Position numbers and translations under genes: made by a program. Of a DNA stretch of 42,006 bases, positions 18,684 to 27,584 are shown piece after piece. The stretch comes from a virus (taxonomy: Duplodnaviria > Heunggongvirae > Uroviricota > Caudoviricetes). Position 1 is the first letter of the stretch. Every line of letters begins with the position of its first letter. The DNA is taken from IMG/VR virus record IMGVR_UViG_3300013005_000022, positions 118,443 to 160,448 of that record; one strand, given 5' to 3'. A model generated the notes under the pieces. That model was not told the DNA's origin. It was given only the letters and a program-made list of their open reading frames with translations, and ran no database searches.

Positions 18684-19347
18684 GAATGAAGAAAATTACA
18701 TATCCAAAACTTTAGAAGGAGTAAATAACCAATTTGGTATATTCGGTACTACTGTAATCATTGCAGATGGTGGAAGTACCGATAAAACTCTTCGGATAAT
18801 AAAAGATCTTCAAAAAAAGCTGAAGATTGATATTCAGGTAATTGAAGGTGGATCAGTTTCTCGAGGAAGAAATGCCGGAGCTAAAATAGCTAAAACCAAA
18901 TACATCCTATTCTTAGATGCCGATACTACTCTAATTAATAAGTATACAATAAACGATGCTCTCATCGCTATCAAGGAAAACCTATTAGTTACGTGTAAAA
19001 TTAAATGTACCTCATCAGATACTCGAGCAGATATCATATTTTGGATATTTAATCACATTCAAAGATGGATGCCTGAAACATTTTCAACCGGTACTTTTAT
19101 GATGATTAGAAAATCTACATTCAATGCTCTTGGAGGTTTTGATGAAACTATACACCAATCAGAAGATTATCTACTTAGTAGAAAAATAAAGAAGTCGAAG
19201 TTTAAAATAATTAAACATGATATTGGTCAAGATAATCGAAGGTTTAAGAAAACCGGATATATTGGCATGTTAAAAATTGTTTTATCTAATTGGATTTATC
19301 GAAAAGACGAAGATCATTTTAGAAAAAATGTAAATTATTGGAAATAA
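18646..19347 (+). CDS. family 2 glycosyltransferase
   Basis: IVIPCKNEE, ADGGSTD, GRNAGA, FLDAD and GGFDE motifs. Confidence 0.9.
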   Translation: MIKKNLTIVIPCKNEENYISKTLEGVNNQFGIFGTTVIIADGGSTDKTLRIIKDLQKKLKIDIQVIEGGSVSRGRNAGAKIAKTKYILFLDADTTLINKYTINDALIAIKENLLVTCKIKCTSSDTRADIIFWIFNHIQRWMPETFSTGTFMMIRKSTFNALGGFDETIHQSEDYLLSRKIKKSKFKIIKHDIGQDNRRFKKTGYIGMLKIVLSNWIYRKDEDHFRKNVNYWK

Positions 19348-19378
19348 AATATCATATAATAACTTTAAATTAATAAAA

Positions 19379-20239
19379 ATGAGTAAAGAAACAATCGGTA
19401 TAATTGGTCAAGGGTTCGTTGGTTCAGCCGTTCGAGAAGGAATGAAAAACTATTATGAAGTTTTCACTTTTGATAAAGATCCAAATAAATTTAGTAGTGC
19501 TAGTTCTATTTTTGAAGTAATAGAAAATACAGACGTAACTTTTCTTTGTGTTCCTACACCAATGAAGAAAAGCGGAGAATGTGATCTTGGTATTCTAGGA
19601 TCTGCTCTTAATGAAATTGCTGAATGTGTTAAAGCACTTAACAAACCAGGTTATATTGTAGTAATCAAATCTACAATTCCTCCAGGAACAACAGAAATGT
19701 TGAATTCTATATACACTTCATTAGATATCGTTTTCAATCCAGAATTCTTAACTGAAGCTAATGCCGTTGAAGACTACAAAAATCAAAATCGTATTATCGT
19801 AGGTGGTGAAAGACCTGGATCTACTCGAGTTAAAGCAATCTTTGCTAAAGCTTTTCCTAAAGTTCCTATTATCAAAACATCTTCCACTATTGCAGAAACC
19901 ATTAAGTATGTAACAAATACATTCTTGGCAATGAAGGTTTCTTATGCAAATGAAATCTTTCAATTATGTCAAGGTCTAAACATTGATTACGATAAAGTAA
20001 TTGAATATGCTCGTTATGATGATCGTTTAGGTAATTCACATTGGTCGGTACCAGGTCCAGATGGTGATTTTGGATTTGGTGGTCATTGCTTCCCTAAAGA
20101 TATCGCTGCATTACAATTCCTTGCAAATAAATTAAATGTTGATACCACAATGTTATCAGCAACTATCGATAAAAATAACCTTGTTCGTACTGATTTAGAT
20201 TGGACTAAACAAATTGGTAGAGCAGTATCAGCCGAATAA
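19379..20239 (+). CDS. UDP-glucose/GDP-mannose dehydrogenase family protein
   Basis: GQGFVG, CVPTP, KSTIPPGT, NPEFL, K...N, GFGGHCFPKD. Confidence 0.9.
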   Translation: MSKETIGIIGQGFVGSAVREGMKNYYEVFTFDKDPNKFSSASSIFEVIENTDVTFLCVPTPMKKSGECDLGILGSALNEIAECVKALNKPGYIVVIKSTIPPGTTEMLNSIYTSLDIVFNPEFLTEANAVEDYKNQNRIIVGGERPGSTRVKAIFAKAFPKVPIIKTSSTIAETIKYVTNTFLAMKVSYANEIFQLCQGLNIDYDKVIEYARYDDRLGNSHWSVPGPDGDFGFGGHCFPKDIAALQFLANKLNVDTTMLSATIDKNNLVRTDLDWTKQIGRAVSAE

Positions 20240-20240
20240 T

Positions 20241-20498
20241 ATGAGTGTACTAAAAGACCAAAAAGTAAATTGGCATTCTGTTAAAGAAGAGACCAAGAAA
20301 GTTGAAGAGAAAAAGGTAATGACTAATAAAGAGAAATTAAAGACTCTTACCGCAATTATCACCGCTCAACAAACAATAAATGAAAAATGCAAGTTGTTAT
20401 ACGCAAACAAACCAACTTCGGAATTATACAGCATCATTATAATGAATGATGTTAATTTAAGCACATTAGAAAAAATAAAAGCCCAACATGAAAATTAA
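20241..20498 (+). CDS. hypothetical protein
   Basis: ATG at 20241 preferred. Confidence 0.5.
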   Translation: MSVLKDQKVNWHSVKEETKKVEEKKVMTNKEKLKTLTAIITAQQTINEKCKLLYANKPTSELYSIIIMNDVNLSTLEKIKAQHEN

Positions 20499-20838
20499 CA
20501 AACAAGAGATCGGTGGAAAGGTTATTCGCGATAACGAAACTTATATAGTAGAAGACAATCGTTTTTTGAAGAATATGGTTCTTTCTAAAACAACCTTACA
20601 TCCAGGAAAAGATACATCAGGACATTCACATCCAGGTCTTGAGGAAGTTTATTTCTTCAAAAAAGGAAGTGGTGTTATGCAATTAGACGAAGAATTTATT
20701 GATGTTGCCGAAGGTGATATCGTTCTAATTCCTGACGGCGCATTCCATAAAGTATACAATTCGAGACACCCTCAAGGATGGAGTCAAAAACCCCTTGAAT
20801 TTGTTTGTGTGTTTCAGTCATACGAAAGAGAAGACTAA
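20488..20838 (+). CDS. cupin-domain protein
   Basis: HSHPGLEEVYFF...IPDGAFHKVYN. Confidence 0.85.
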   Translation: MKINKQEIGGKVIRDNETYIVEDNRFLKNMVLSKTTLHPGKDTSGHSHPGLEEVYFFKKGSGVMQLDEEFIDVAEGDIVLIPDGAFHKVYNSRHPQGWSQKPLEFVCVFQSYERED

Positions 20839-20850
20839 TAAATAACATAT

Positions 20851-21153
20851 ATGAACTTAACAAACGAATTTATGCCTATTAGAGAATGGGCAAAAGACAA
20901 AGGAATCTACGAAAAAGGCGATCCATTAACACAATTCGCTAAGCTATCCGAAGAAATGGGTGAATTGGCAATGTCATTACTTAAAAAGAATGATGCAGAA
21001 TTTCAAGATGCTATTGGTGATTGTGTAGTAGTACTTACTAATCTAGCAAAACTTAAAGGTTATAACATTGAAGATTGTATCAATGGATCTTACGAAGTTA
21101 TTGCAAAACGAAAAGGCCAAATGATAAACGGCACTTTCGTAAAAGAAAACTAA
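20851..21153 (+). CDS. MazG-like nucleotide pyrophosphohydrolase
   Basis: KLSEEMGELA...DAIGD. Confidence 0.85.
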   Translation: MNLTNEFMPIREWAKDKGIYEKGDPLTQFAKLSEEMGELAMSLLKKNDAEFQDAIGDCVVVLTNLAKLKGYNIEDCINGSYEVIAKRKGQMINGTFVKEN

Positions 21154-21156
21154 AAA

Positions 21157-21720
21157 ATGATAATGAAGTTATTCAAGAAATTTAAAGAATTCTTAATAGA
21201 AGCATCTGGAAACACATATGATTATGGATGTGCTATGTTGTATTTTGAATTTCCTAAAATGTCAGAGATACACGAACAAATCGATCCATCAGATATCTAT
21301 GAAGAAGACGAAGACAAAACATATGGTTTAGAAGATGAACCACATTGCACTCTTCTATATGGCTTACATAAAGAAGTTAAAACTCCAAAGATTCAAAAGA
21401 TCTTGGGTGAATTTATATTCGGTCCTTGTGAAATTCATAATGCTTCTTTATTTGAAAATCCCAAATATGATGTTTTGAAATTTGATGTTAAGAACGATGA
21501 ATTACACAAATGTAACAAATCGCTTTGTGAACTTCCATTCACATCTGATTACCCAGATTATCATCCACATATGACTATCGCATACTTAAAGCCAGGAACC
21601 GGTAAAAAATATGTAGAGAGGTTGAAAGATGTAAAATATACATTAGATCCTAGCCACGGAGTATTCAGTCATCCTGATGGTAGCAAAGATCGATTAACAA
21701 TAAACAAATTTAGGAAATAA
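21157..21720 (+). CDS. 2H phosphodiesterase, Acb1/T4 gp57B-like, with capsid-targeting N-terminus
   Basis: Two HxT motifs (PHCTLLY, PHMTIAY); DYPDYHPHMT resembles Acb1 DFDDYTPHIT; N-terminus KFKEFLIE-A. Confidence 0.7.
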   Translation: MIMKLFKKFKEFLIEASGNTYDYGCAMLYFEFPKMSEIHEQIDPSDIYEEDEDKTYGLEDEPHCTLLYGLHKEVKTPKIQKILGEFIFGPCEIHNASLFENPKYDVLKFDVKNDELHKCNKSLCELPFTSDYPDYHPHMTIAYLKPGTGKKYVERLKDVKYTLDPSHGVFSHPDGSKDRLTINKFRK

Positions 21721-21821
21721 TGATAAAACGATTCGCACAAATGATTCTTCTTTTAGGATCCGGTTTTTTTATAATGTTTGCTGCTGCTTTGTGCGGAATT
21801 ATCGAAATAATTAAAAGATGA
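21720..21821 (+). CDS. 33 aa single-TM peptide; not in the ORF track
   Basis: MIKRFAQMILLLGSGFFIMFAAALCGIIEIIKR, coupled at both ends (TAATG, ATGA). Confidence 0.55.
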   Translation: MIKRFAQMILLLGSGFFIMFAAALCGIIEIIKR

Positions 21822-22054
21822 GAAACCTACTTATATTAGCTTGTTTGGCTTTATCATCATGTCAGATTGAACATGAAAAACAAGTCGCCGATCCACATAA
21901 ATTAGAACTTGATAACGACTCTCGATATTACGATCAAAATTACAAAGTCTATACTTTAGAAGGTTGTGAATATGTTGTGGTTGGTCATGGAAGATCTCAA
22001 TGGGGTTCACATAAAGGAAATTGTAAAAATCCAATACACTATCAAGATAAATAA
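21818..22054 (+). CDS. putative lipoprotein
   Basis: Signal peptide ending in lipobox LSSC. Confidence 0.6.
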   Translation: MRNLLILACLALSSCQIEHEKQVADPHKLELDNDSRYYDQNYKVYTLEGCEYVVVGHGRSQWGSHKGNCKNPIHYQDK

Positions 22055-22592
22055 TTTGAATGTAACTTAGGCACATTCACCGACTCATCGAAAGAGAGTC
22101 ATTTAAAAAAATAGATTTAAGAACTATGACACTATTAAAAACAAACCGTGAAATGGACGCATTTGATGTCCTATTCAAAAACTTCTTTAACAACGAATCA
22201 TTCTTTGCACCAGTGATTGATACAAGAATTGGTCATCCAGTAGACATTTATGAAAATGAAAATGGTTTACATTTTGAAATTGCTGGAACTGGTCTAACTA
22301 AGGATGATATTAAAATATCAATCGAAGGAGATGTTCTTCGTGTTTCGTATGATAAAAACGAAGATGATAAATGTTGTGAAGTAAATGATTGCAAATACTA
22401 TCACCGAGGAATCTCTAGAAAATCCTTTAATTTAGGCTATCGTATTCCACTTTCGAAATACAATTTAAGTAATGCTGAAGCCGCAATGGAAAATGGTTTA
22501 TTGACTATCGATATTCCAATTGCAGACGAAGCAAAACCGAAAACGTTAACAATTAAGTAAAACAAAACTCACCTAAGTTACATTCATATTAT
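22051..22592. repeat. 21-bp inverted repeat (20/21 match) flanking the Hsp20 gene
   Basis: ataatttgaatgtaacttagg (22051-22071) vs cctaagttacattcatattat (22572-22592); inner 15 bp perfect. Confidence 0.9.
22126..22560 (+). CDS. small heat shock protein Hsp20
   Basis: PVDIYE, EIAGTG, YYHRGIS and AAMENGLLTIDIP alpha-crystallin motifs. Confidence 0.92.
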   Translation: MTLLKTNREMDAFDVLFKNFFNNESFFAPVIDTRIGHPVDIYENENGLHFEIAGTGLTKDDIKISIEGDVLRVSYDKNEDDKCCEVNDCKYYHRGISRKSFNLGYRIPLSKYNLSNAEAAMENGLLTIDIPIADEAKPKTLTIK

Positions 22593-22599
22593 CATAAAT

Positions 22600-22655
22600 T
22601 GTTAATAACTTTATGAGCCGGGATTTTTTAATCTCGGCTTTTTTTATTATATTTG
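22600..22655 (+). promoter_or_regulatory. early promoter module copy 1 (TGTTAATAAC, hairpin, TATATTTG)
   Basis: TGTTAATAAC at 22600, TATATTTG at 22648; embedded hairpin agccgggatt/aatctcggct with U tract. Confidence 0.8.
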
Positions 22656-22676
22656 TAATATCAAATTAAATATAAA

Positions 22677-23276
22677 ATGATAGACAATCTTCAATTAGTA
22701 AAGGAAATTCTTAACTTCCAAAAGAAAGGTGACTTCTACATGCTTTACGTTTTCAAACGTAAGAAAGATCAACCTGAAGGAGAACGAGATAATCATCAAT
22801 CGGTTAGAACCATCAAAACTTATTGCATCGAAAGTATCGATCACTTGGAAAGACGTTATGATGAAATCCGTCAAATGTGCGAAATGTTTAAAGCTCGAGC
22901 ATATATACATGTGCAAAAACAAAATCATTTCGACGTTTCGCTTAATATGATGGTTGCACTCGCTCAACGAATTCAAGATGGAAATACCAATCAAAAAGGT
23001 TTATTTGATTCGGTCGTTGGTCAAATCAAAACTCAAGAAAAACTTTGGATAGTCGATATTGATACTAAAGATGTTCAAGAATTACGAAATGTACAAGTAA
23101 CTATTAATAGATGTAAACCTGAAGGTCCTAAAACTAAATACATCATTCCAACTAAAAACGGATTCCATTTAATAACTGACCGTTTTGATGTTCTTGAATT
23201 TAAGAAAAATCATCCTGAAGTAGACGTTCAAAAGAAGAACCCAACTTTACTTTATCTACCGAGTTCTTTAGATTAA
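22677..23276 (+). CDS. hypothetical protein with AEP primase-polymerase-like motifs
   Basis: WIVDID (hhhDhD) and TKNGFHL (sxH). Confidence 0.45.
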   Translation: MIDNLQLVKEILNFQKKGDFYMLYVFKRKKDQPEGERDNHQSVRTIKTYCIESIDHLERRYDEIRQMCEMFKARAYIHVQKQNHFDVSLNMMVALAQRIQDGNTNQKGLFDSVVGQIKTQEKLWIVDIDTKDVQELRNVQVTINRCKPEGPKTKYIIPTKNGFHLITDRFDVLEFKKNHPEVDVQKKNPTLLYLPSSLD

Positions 23277-23279
23277 AAA

Positions 23280-23335
23280 TGTTAATAACTTTTTATCAAA
23301 AAGTTTTTCTATTTGCGAAAAAAGTATTATATTTG
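23280..23335 (+). promoter_or_regulatory. early promoter module copy 2
   Basis: TGTTAATAAC at 23280, TTTG at 23312, TATATTTG at 23328. Confidence 0.8.
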
Positions 23336-23359
23336 TAATAACAAATTAATAATAAACAT

Positions 23360-23650
23360 ATGAAAAACTTTCGAATCGTAATTAAATGCCAAGCCGGTTT
23401 CTTAACTATCGTCGATAAAAAAGCAGAAACAGTAATGGATATTATGAAATCGTTCATAACTCCAAAAACCATTCTTACCATCGAACAAAAATCAGATCAA
23501 TCTGAACATTACTTTACGGTATTTGCAACCAAAGGTACTAAAGTTTATATTGCGGCAAAAGAAATTTACGATTCTCGATTTATTCAAAACTACTGGCCAA
23601 CTACCGATATGAATCGAATTGGTAAACCAGCAAATGAAATTGTTCACTAA
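23360..23650 (+). CDS. hypothetical early protein
   Basis: First ORF after the promoter module. Confidence 0.6.
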   Translation: MKNFRIVIKCQAGFLTIVDKKAETVMDIMKSFITPKTILTIEQKSDQSEHYFTVFATKGTKVYIAAKEIYDSRFIQNYWPTTDMNRIGKPANEIVH

Positions 23651-23665
23651 AAACCAAAATCATAT

Positions 23666-23878
23666 ATGCTAAAATTTGAAAATCTAAAAGATGGCGATCG
23701 TTTTACCGCAAACATTAACTTCGAATCTAACATGCAAGTTATCGAAGAATTAACCTATCGAGGAAAATCCGAAACTGGATTGCACATAGGCTTAACTGGT
23801 TCCGGCGAAAGATTCGGATTCTATGATTTTGACATCATTGATATTACACACGTAGAAAAGAAAGAATATGAAATGTAA
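23666..23878 (+). CDS. hypothetical protein
   Basis: Intact ATG ORF in the operon. Confidence 0.55.
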   Translation: MLKFENLKDGDRFTANINFESNMQVIEELTYRGKSETGLHIGLTGSGERFGFYDFDIIDITHVEKKEYEM

Positions 23879-24092
23879 ATGTGGTTCGGAAATACATCCG
23901 AAAAGATCAAATCTCGGTTATAGGACATGTGTTAATTGCTCAACCGAGGAAAAAAAAGCAGTTATTCAAATTAATAATCACAAAACCGGGAACGAAATCC
24001 AAATCGTTGATCAGGAAACGGCAAGACAATTTAATCACTTAGCAAGCCGATCATCGTTTGGTGTATCAACCGGAGTAAAAGGAAAAAGATAA
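23868..24092 (+). CDS. C4 zinc-finger protein (DksA/TraR-like spacing)
   Basis: CKCGSEIHPKR...GYRTCVNCS. Confidence 0.55.
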   Translation: MKCKCGSEIHPKRSNLGYRTCVNCSTEEKKAVIQINNHKTGNEIQIVDQETARQFNHLASRSSFGVSTGVKGKR

Positions 24093-24093
24093 A

Positions 24094-25101
24094 ATGGAAA
24101 GAAAATTAGCAAGTATTCAAGTCATTCGAGACATTCGTCCTATTGAAGGTGCCGATGCAATCGAATTAGCAATCATTAACAATTGGCAAGTGGTAGTCGC
24201 AAAAAACGTCGGTCATCAAATTGGAGATCATGTCGTTTATTGTGAAATCGATTCGTTCTTACCAATTCAAGAGGAATTCGAATTCTTACGTAAAAGCTCT
24301 TATAAGAAGATGGCTGATCGAGAAGGATTCCGTCTTAAAACAATTAAACTTCGTGGACAAGTTTCACAAGGTCTTATCTTACCAATGTCTGTGTTCGGTG
24401 ATTTTGGATGGACTGCATACGAAGGTCTTGATGTTACTGAACGTTTAGGTATTGTAAAATACGAACCACCTATCCCTGCAGAATTAGCCGGTAAAGTAAA
24501 AGGGAACTTCCCATCATTCATACCAAAGACCGATGAAGAACGTATACAAAATCTTACAAAAGAATACGAAGGATGGAAAGACCGATTCTTCTATGTAACT
24601 GAAAAACTCGATGGTTCTTCTGCAACCTACTATTTTAGAGATGGAGAATTCGGAGTATGCTCTAGAAATCTAGATCTTGAAGAAACTGAAGGAAATACTT
24701 TTTGGAAGATTGCTCGCCAATTAAAATTAGAAGAATGGTTAGGAACTCATGAAATTAATTATGCCATTCAAGGTGAATTAATCGGTGAAGGTATACAAGG
24801 AAATCCTTATAAGATCAAAGGACAAACCGTTCGCTTCTTCAACGCATTTAATATAGACAAATACGAATACCTTGGATTAGAAGAATTCGAATCTCTAATT
24901 TCATCTATGGGATTGGAAACTGTTCCGGTTCTTGATCGAGCATTTGTTTTGCCTAATACCATCGAGGAACTACTTAAATATGCCGAAACGAAAAGCGAAT
25001 TGAATTCTCAGTTCGATCGTGAAGGGGTTGTAATTCGTAGTATTGATCGTAAAATTAGCTTCAAAGTAATCAGCAATAAATTCTTACTAAACGAAAAATA
25101 A
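24094..25101 (+). CDS. ATP-dependent RNA ligase (DRB0094-like) with N-terminal OB-like domain
   Basis: RKLASIQ, EIDS, LRGQVSQG, KTDEERIQN, TEKLDG, CSRN, QGE, REGVV and FKVIS. Confidence 0.9.
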   Translation: MERKLASIQVIRDIRPIEGADAIELAIINNWQVVVAKNVGHQIGDHVVYCEIDSFLPIQEEFEFLRKSSYKKMADREGFRLKTIKLRGQVSQGLILPMSVFGDFGWTAYEGLDVTERLGIVKYEPPIPAELAGKVKGNFPSFIPKTDEERIQNLTKEYEGWKDRFFYVTEKLDGSSATYYFRDGEFGVCSRNLDLEETEGNTFWKIARQLKLEEWLGTHEINYAIQGELIGEGIQGNPYKIKGQTVRFFNAFNIDKYEYLGLEEFESLISSMGLETVPVLDRAFVLPNTIEELLKYAETKSELNSQFDREGVVIRSIDRKISFKVISNKFLLNEK

Positions 25102-25442
25102 TGAGAAACCTACTAATAGCACTCGTATGTATTGTTCTAGGACAATCTATATCTTTTATACAATTACAAGGCCAATTCATAAACGAATGGATGAAGAAAA
25201 ATACATGGGCTGCTGTTTTACTCGGTTTACCTATTAGTTGGTTACTTATAACATTTACCAAATATTGTAAAGAAGCTTTCGATGGTCAAATATGGCCTGG
25301 TCGTTTAATTGGATTTGCTATAGGTGCTATCGTATTTTCGGTAATGGCACACTTCATATTCAACGAAGAATTCACATCTAAAACTCTTGTATGTTTAACA
25401 TTAGCAGCCACCATTCTAGGAATTCAACTTTTTTGGAAGTAA
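25101..25442 (+). CDS. four-TM membrane protein
   Basis: Four hydrophobic helices, size similar to SMR/DMT-type proteins. Confidence 0.6.
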   Translation: MRNLLIALVCIVLGQSISFIQLQGQFINEWMKKNTWAAVLLGLPISWLLITFTKYCKEAFDGQIWPGRLIGFAIGAIVFSVMAHFIFNEEFTSKTLVCLTLAATILGIQLFWK

Positions 25443-25477
25443 TCACTCTATCATATAATTAATATAAACCCAAGAAA

Positions 25478-25705
25478 ATGAAAAAACCCTTACTTAACAT
25501 TGCATTCTTCAGCATACTTTTATTAGTGGCTTTACGAATAGAAACCATCTCTATTAATTGGATCCTTTCACAAGATCAATTTCTGAATTGGATGGGTATG
25601 ATTACGATTATCCTTGCTATGGTTTCCTGTTTCATTATTGGTTGGCAAATAGGAAATAACATTCGTTTGATTCGTAGACATCGAAAGCTAAATAAACCTT
25701 CATAA
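25478..25705 (+). CDS. small membrane protein
   Basis: Two hydrophobic segments; CATATAAT at 25452. Confidence 0.55.
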   Translation: MKKPLLNIAFFSILLLVALRIETISINWILSQDQFLNWMGMITIILAMVSCFIIGWQIGNNIRLIRRHRKLNKPS

Positions 25706-25761
25706 TGTTAATAACTTTATGACCTGAGATTTTTTTATCTCGGGTTTTTGTATTATATTTG
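25706..25761 (+). promoter_or_regulatory. early promoter module copy 3
   Basis: TGTTAATAAC at 25706, hairpin acctgagat/atctcgggt, TATATTTG at 25754. Confidence 0.8.
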
Positions 25762-25790
25762 TTATATCAAATTCATATAAAATATACAAC

Positions 25791-26090
25791 ATGAAAAAAA
25801 CATTAATCATTGCTTTACTAACAATCCCTGGATTCGTTTATTCACAAACTAAAATGGGAAACTTTGCACATGTTACAAATAATAAAGATACTCTATTCCT
25901 ATTAGAGAATGATCCTTTATCAAAACTAACATTTAGTATCTGGAAAACCGATTCTACATGGAATGGTCAAAATCCAACTATCGTTTTTGTTAATCATGAG
26001 TGTATGGAAGAAATTAAGTTCACGAATTTTAGAGCATCTAATGAATTCGTAAGAATGAGAAAAACTCCTATCAAATCTAAAAATAAATAA
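25791..26090 (+). CDS. secreted hypothetical protein
   Basis: Signal peptide ending VYS-Q. Confidence 0.55.
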   Translation: MKKTLIIALLTIPGFVYSQTKMGNFAHVTNNKDTLFLLENDPLSKLTFSIWKTDSTWNGQNPTIVFVNHECMEEIKFTNFRASNEFVRMRKTPIKSKNK

Positions 26091-26097
26091 TCATCAT

Positions 26098-26325
26098 ATG
26101 AAAAATTCTGCAATGTTCATCACTGGTTTAGTAACCGTAGTATTCACAATTTTATTTGTATCTGCAATCTTTGCATGGCCTATACAATTACTTTGGAATT
26201 ATTGCTTGGTTGGTGCGGTGAATGGCGTTAATCCTATTGGTTTCTGGCAAGCGCTAGGACTCCTAATCTTATTTACGCTTTTATTCACCCCTAAAACCAC
26301 GCAAATAAACAAAGATGAAAAGTAA
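26098..26325 (+). CDS. small membrane protein
   Basis: Two TM segments with LWNY...IGFWQALGL. Confidence 0.6.
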   Translation: MKNSAMFITGLVTVVFTILFVSAIFAWPIQLLWNYCLVGAVNGVNPIGFWQALGLLILFTLLFTPKTTQINKDEK

Positions 26326-26680
26326 AACTCTGCAAAAATTAGCCGAAGTAATTGGTACATTACCTAAGGATTTAGATAACGTTGAATTAGCTAAACTTTT
26401 AGGCGATGTTCATTGGGAATTGGAAAGCTCCGATAAAATCGCAACATCGGCTAAAAAGAACCAATCTCTTATTATGGACTTCTTTGAAGATTATCAAAAT
26501 TTAGCAATAGATGCTGAATACGTTTTGATGGACTATATAGAAACTCCTTGGTGGAGATTTGCTACTAAAAGATCTCAGATGTCTAAGTATATTTGGTTAA
26601 GTAACAAACGAATTGCTCTGTTCCAAGAGCTTCTAATGAAGGTAAAACCAGGTAGAATAGATGAAATGCTTAATAACTAA
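26315..26680 (+). CDS. hypothetical protein
   Basis: Intact coupled ORF. Confidence 0.55.
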   Translation: MKSKTLQKLAEVIGTLPKDLDNVELAKLLGDVHWELESSDKIATSAKKNQSLIMDFFEDYQNLAIDAEYVLMDYIETPWWRFATKRSQMSKYIWLSNKRIALFQELLMKVKPGRIDEMLNN

Positions 26681-27092
26681 CGAAGATTTACAACTTGCAT
26701 CAAACTTTGCAAAGGAAGCATACCTATTGCATATGTCAAATGGAAGAACGCACAAACAAGTATTCCACGACATAATCACCGGTAAACTTGGCGAGATTGC
26801 ATATAAAAAGATAGTTGGTGACGAAGTAAACGAAATCAATTTGGTAGTATCAGAAGATCCTGATCCAGGTTGGGATTTCGAAGCATTGAATGGCGATAGA
26901 ATACAAGTAAAAACCGTTCAGAAAGATTATAACTGGGTTTCTTTTAGCAATTACTATTGGGATCGTTTAGTTGTTATACAAATGGATGGAAATGAGTGTA
27001 CTCTTCTACGAGATATGCATATAACAGAAGTTAAACAATTAGCACAAAAATCTAAATTTACCGGATGGTACATTCCATCATATAAAATATAA
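26661..27092 (+). CDS. PD-(D/E)XK restriction-endonuclease-fold protein
   Basis: GKLGEIA...DPGWDF...IQVKT. Confidence 0.6.
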   Translation: MKCLITNEDLQLASNFAKEAYLLHMSNGRTHKQVFHDIITGKLGEIAYKKIVGDEVNEINLVVSEDPDPGWDFEALNGDRIQVKTVQKDYNWVSFSNYYWDRLVVIQMDGNECTLLRDMHITEVKQLAQKSKFTGWYIPSYKI

Positions 27093-27094
27093 TT

Positions 27095-27346
27095 ATGAAA
27101 AAGAAATCTGAATTTTGCACATACGACTCGTCTATGATTCGTACATCTCGTTATAATTTTGAAACAAAAAATCTATTAGTTGAATTCAACGGTGGTACAA
27201 CCTATGAATTCGAAAATGTTGATTCTGTTGATTATTTAGCATTTGCAAATACAGAAGAATCAGTCGGAAAATCATTTAATCAATACATTCGTAAGTACGA
27301 AGGTAAAAAAACATCAATAGAAAATTATTCATCAACTCATGACTAA
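27095..27346 (+). CDS. KTSC domain protein
   Basis: SSMI...Y...L.VEFNGG..YEF..V......ESVGKSFNQYIR. Confidence 0.85.
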   Translation: MKKKSEFCTYDSSMIRTSRYNFETKNLLVEFNGGTTYEFENVDSVDYLAFANTEESVGKSFNQYIRKYEGKKTSIENYSSTHD

Positions 27347-27581
27347 AAGACGCAAAGTTGTCAAAATGGAAAAGATTGACATTTCCAATCGCCTAAAATG
27401 GTTCTTTCACCGAAGATGGAATCGTGCCTATAAAAAATTCTATATCATTCCATCCATCTCATGGATGTGGAGTGCTACTGGAGACTTTATTGAACATGGT
27501 ATATATGCACCAATGTTCATGTTAAAGTTCGAATGGTTGCATTTTGAAGCTGGTGTCTATAATTATCATGAAATATACTAA
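27339..27581 (+). CDS. hypothetical protein
   Basis: Intact coupled ORF. Confidence 0.5.
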   Translation: MTKRRKVVKMEKIDISNRLKWFFHRRWNRAYKKFYIIPSISWMWSATGDFIEHGIYAPMFMLKFEWLHFEAGVYNYHEIY

Positions 27582-27584
27582 TCA

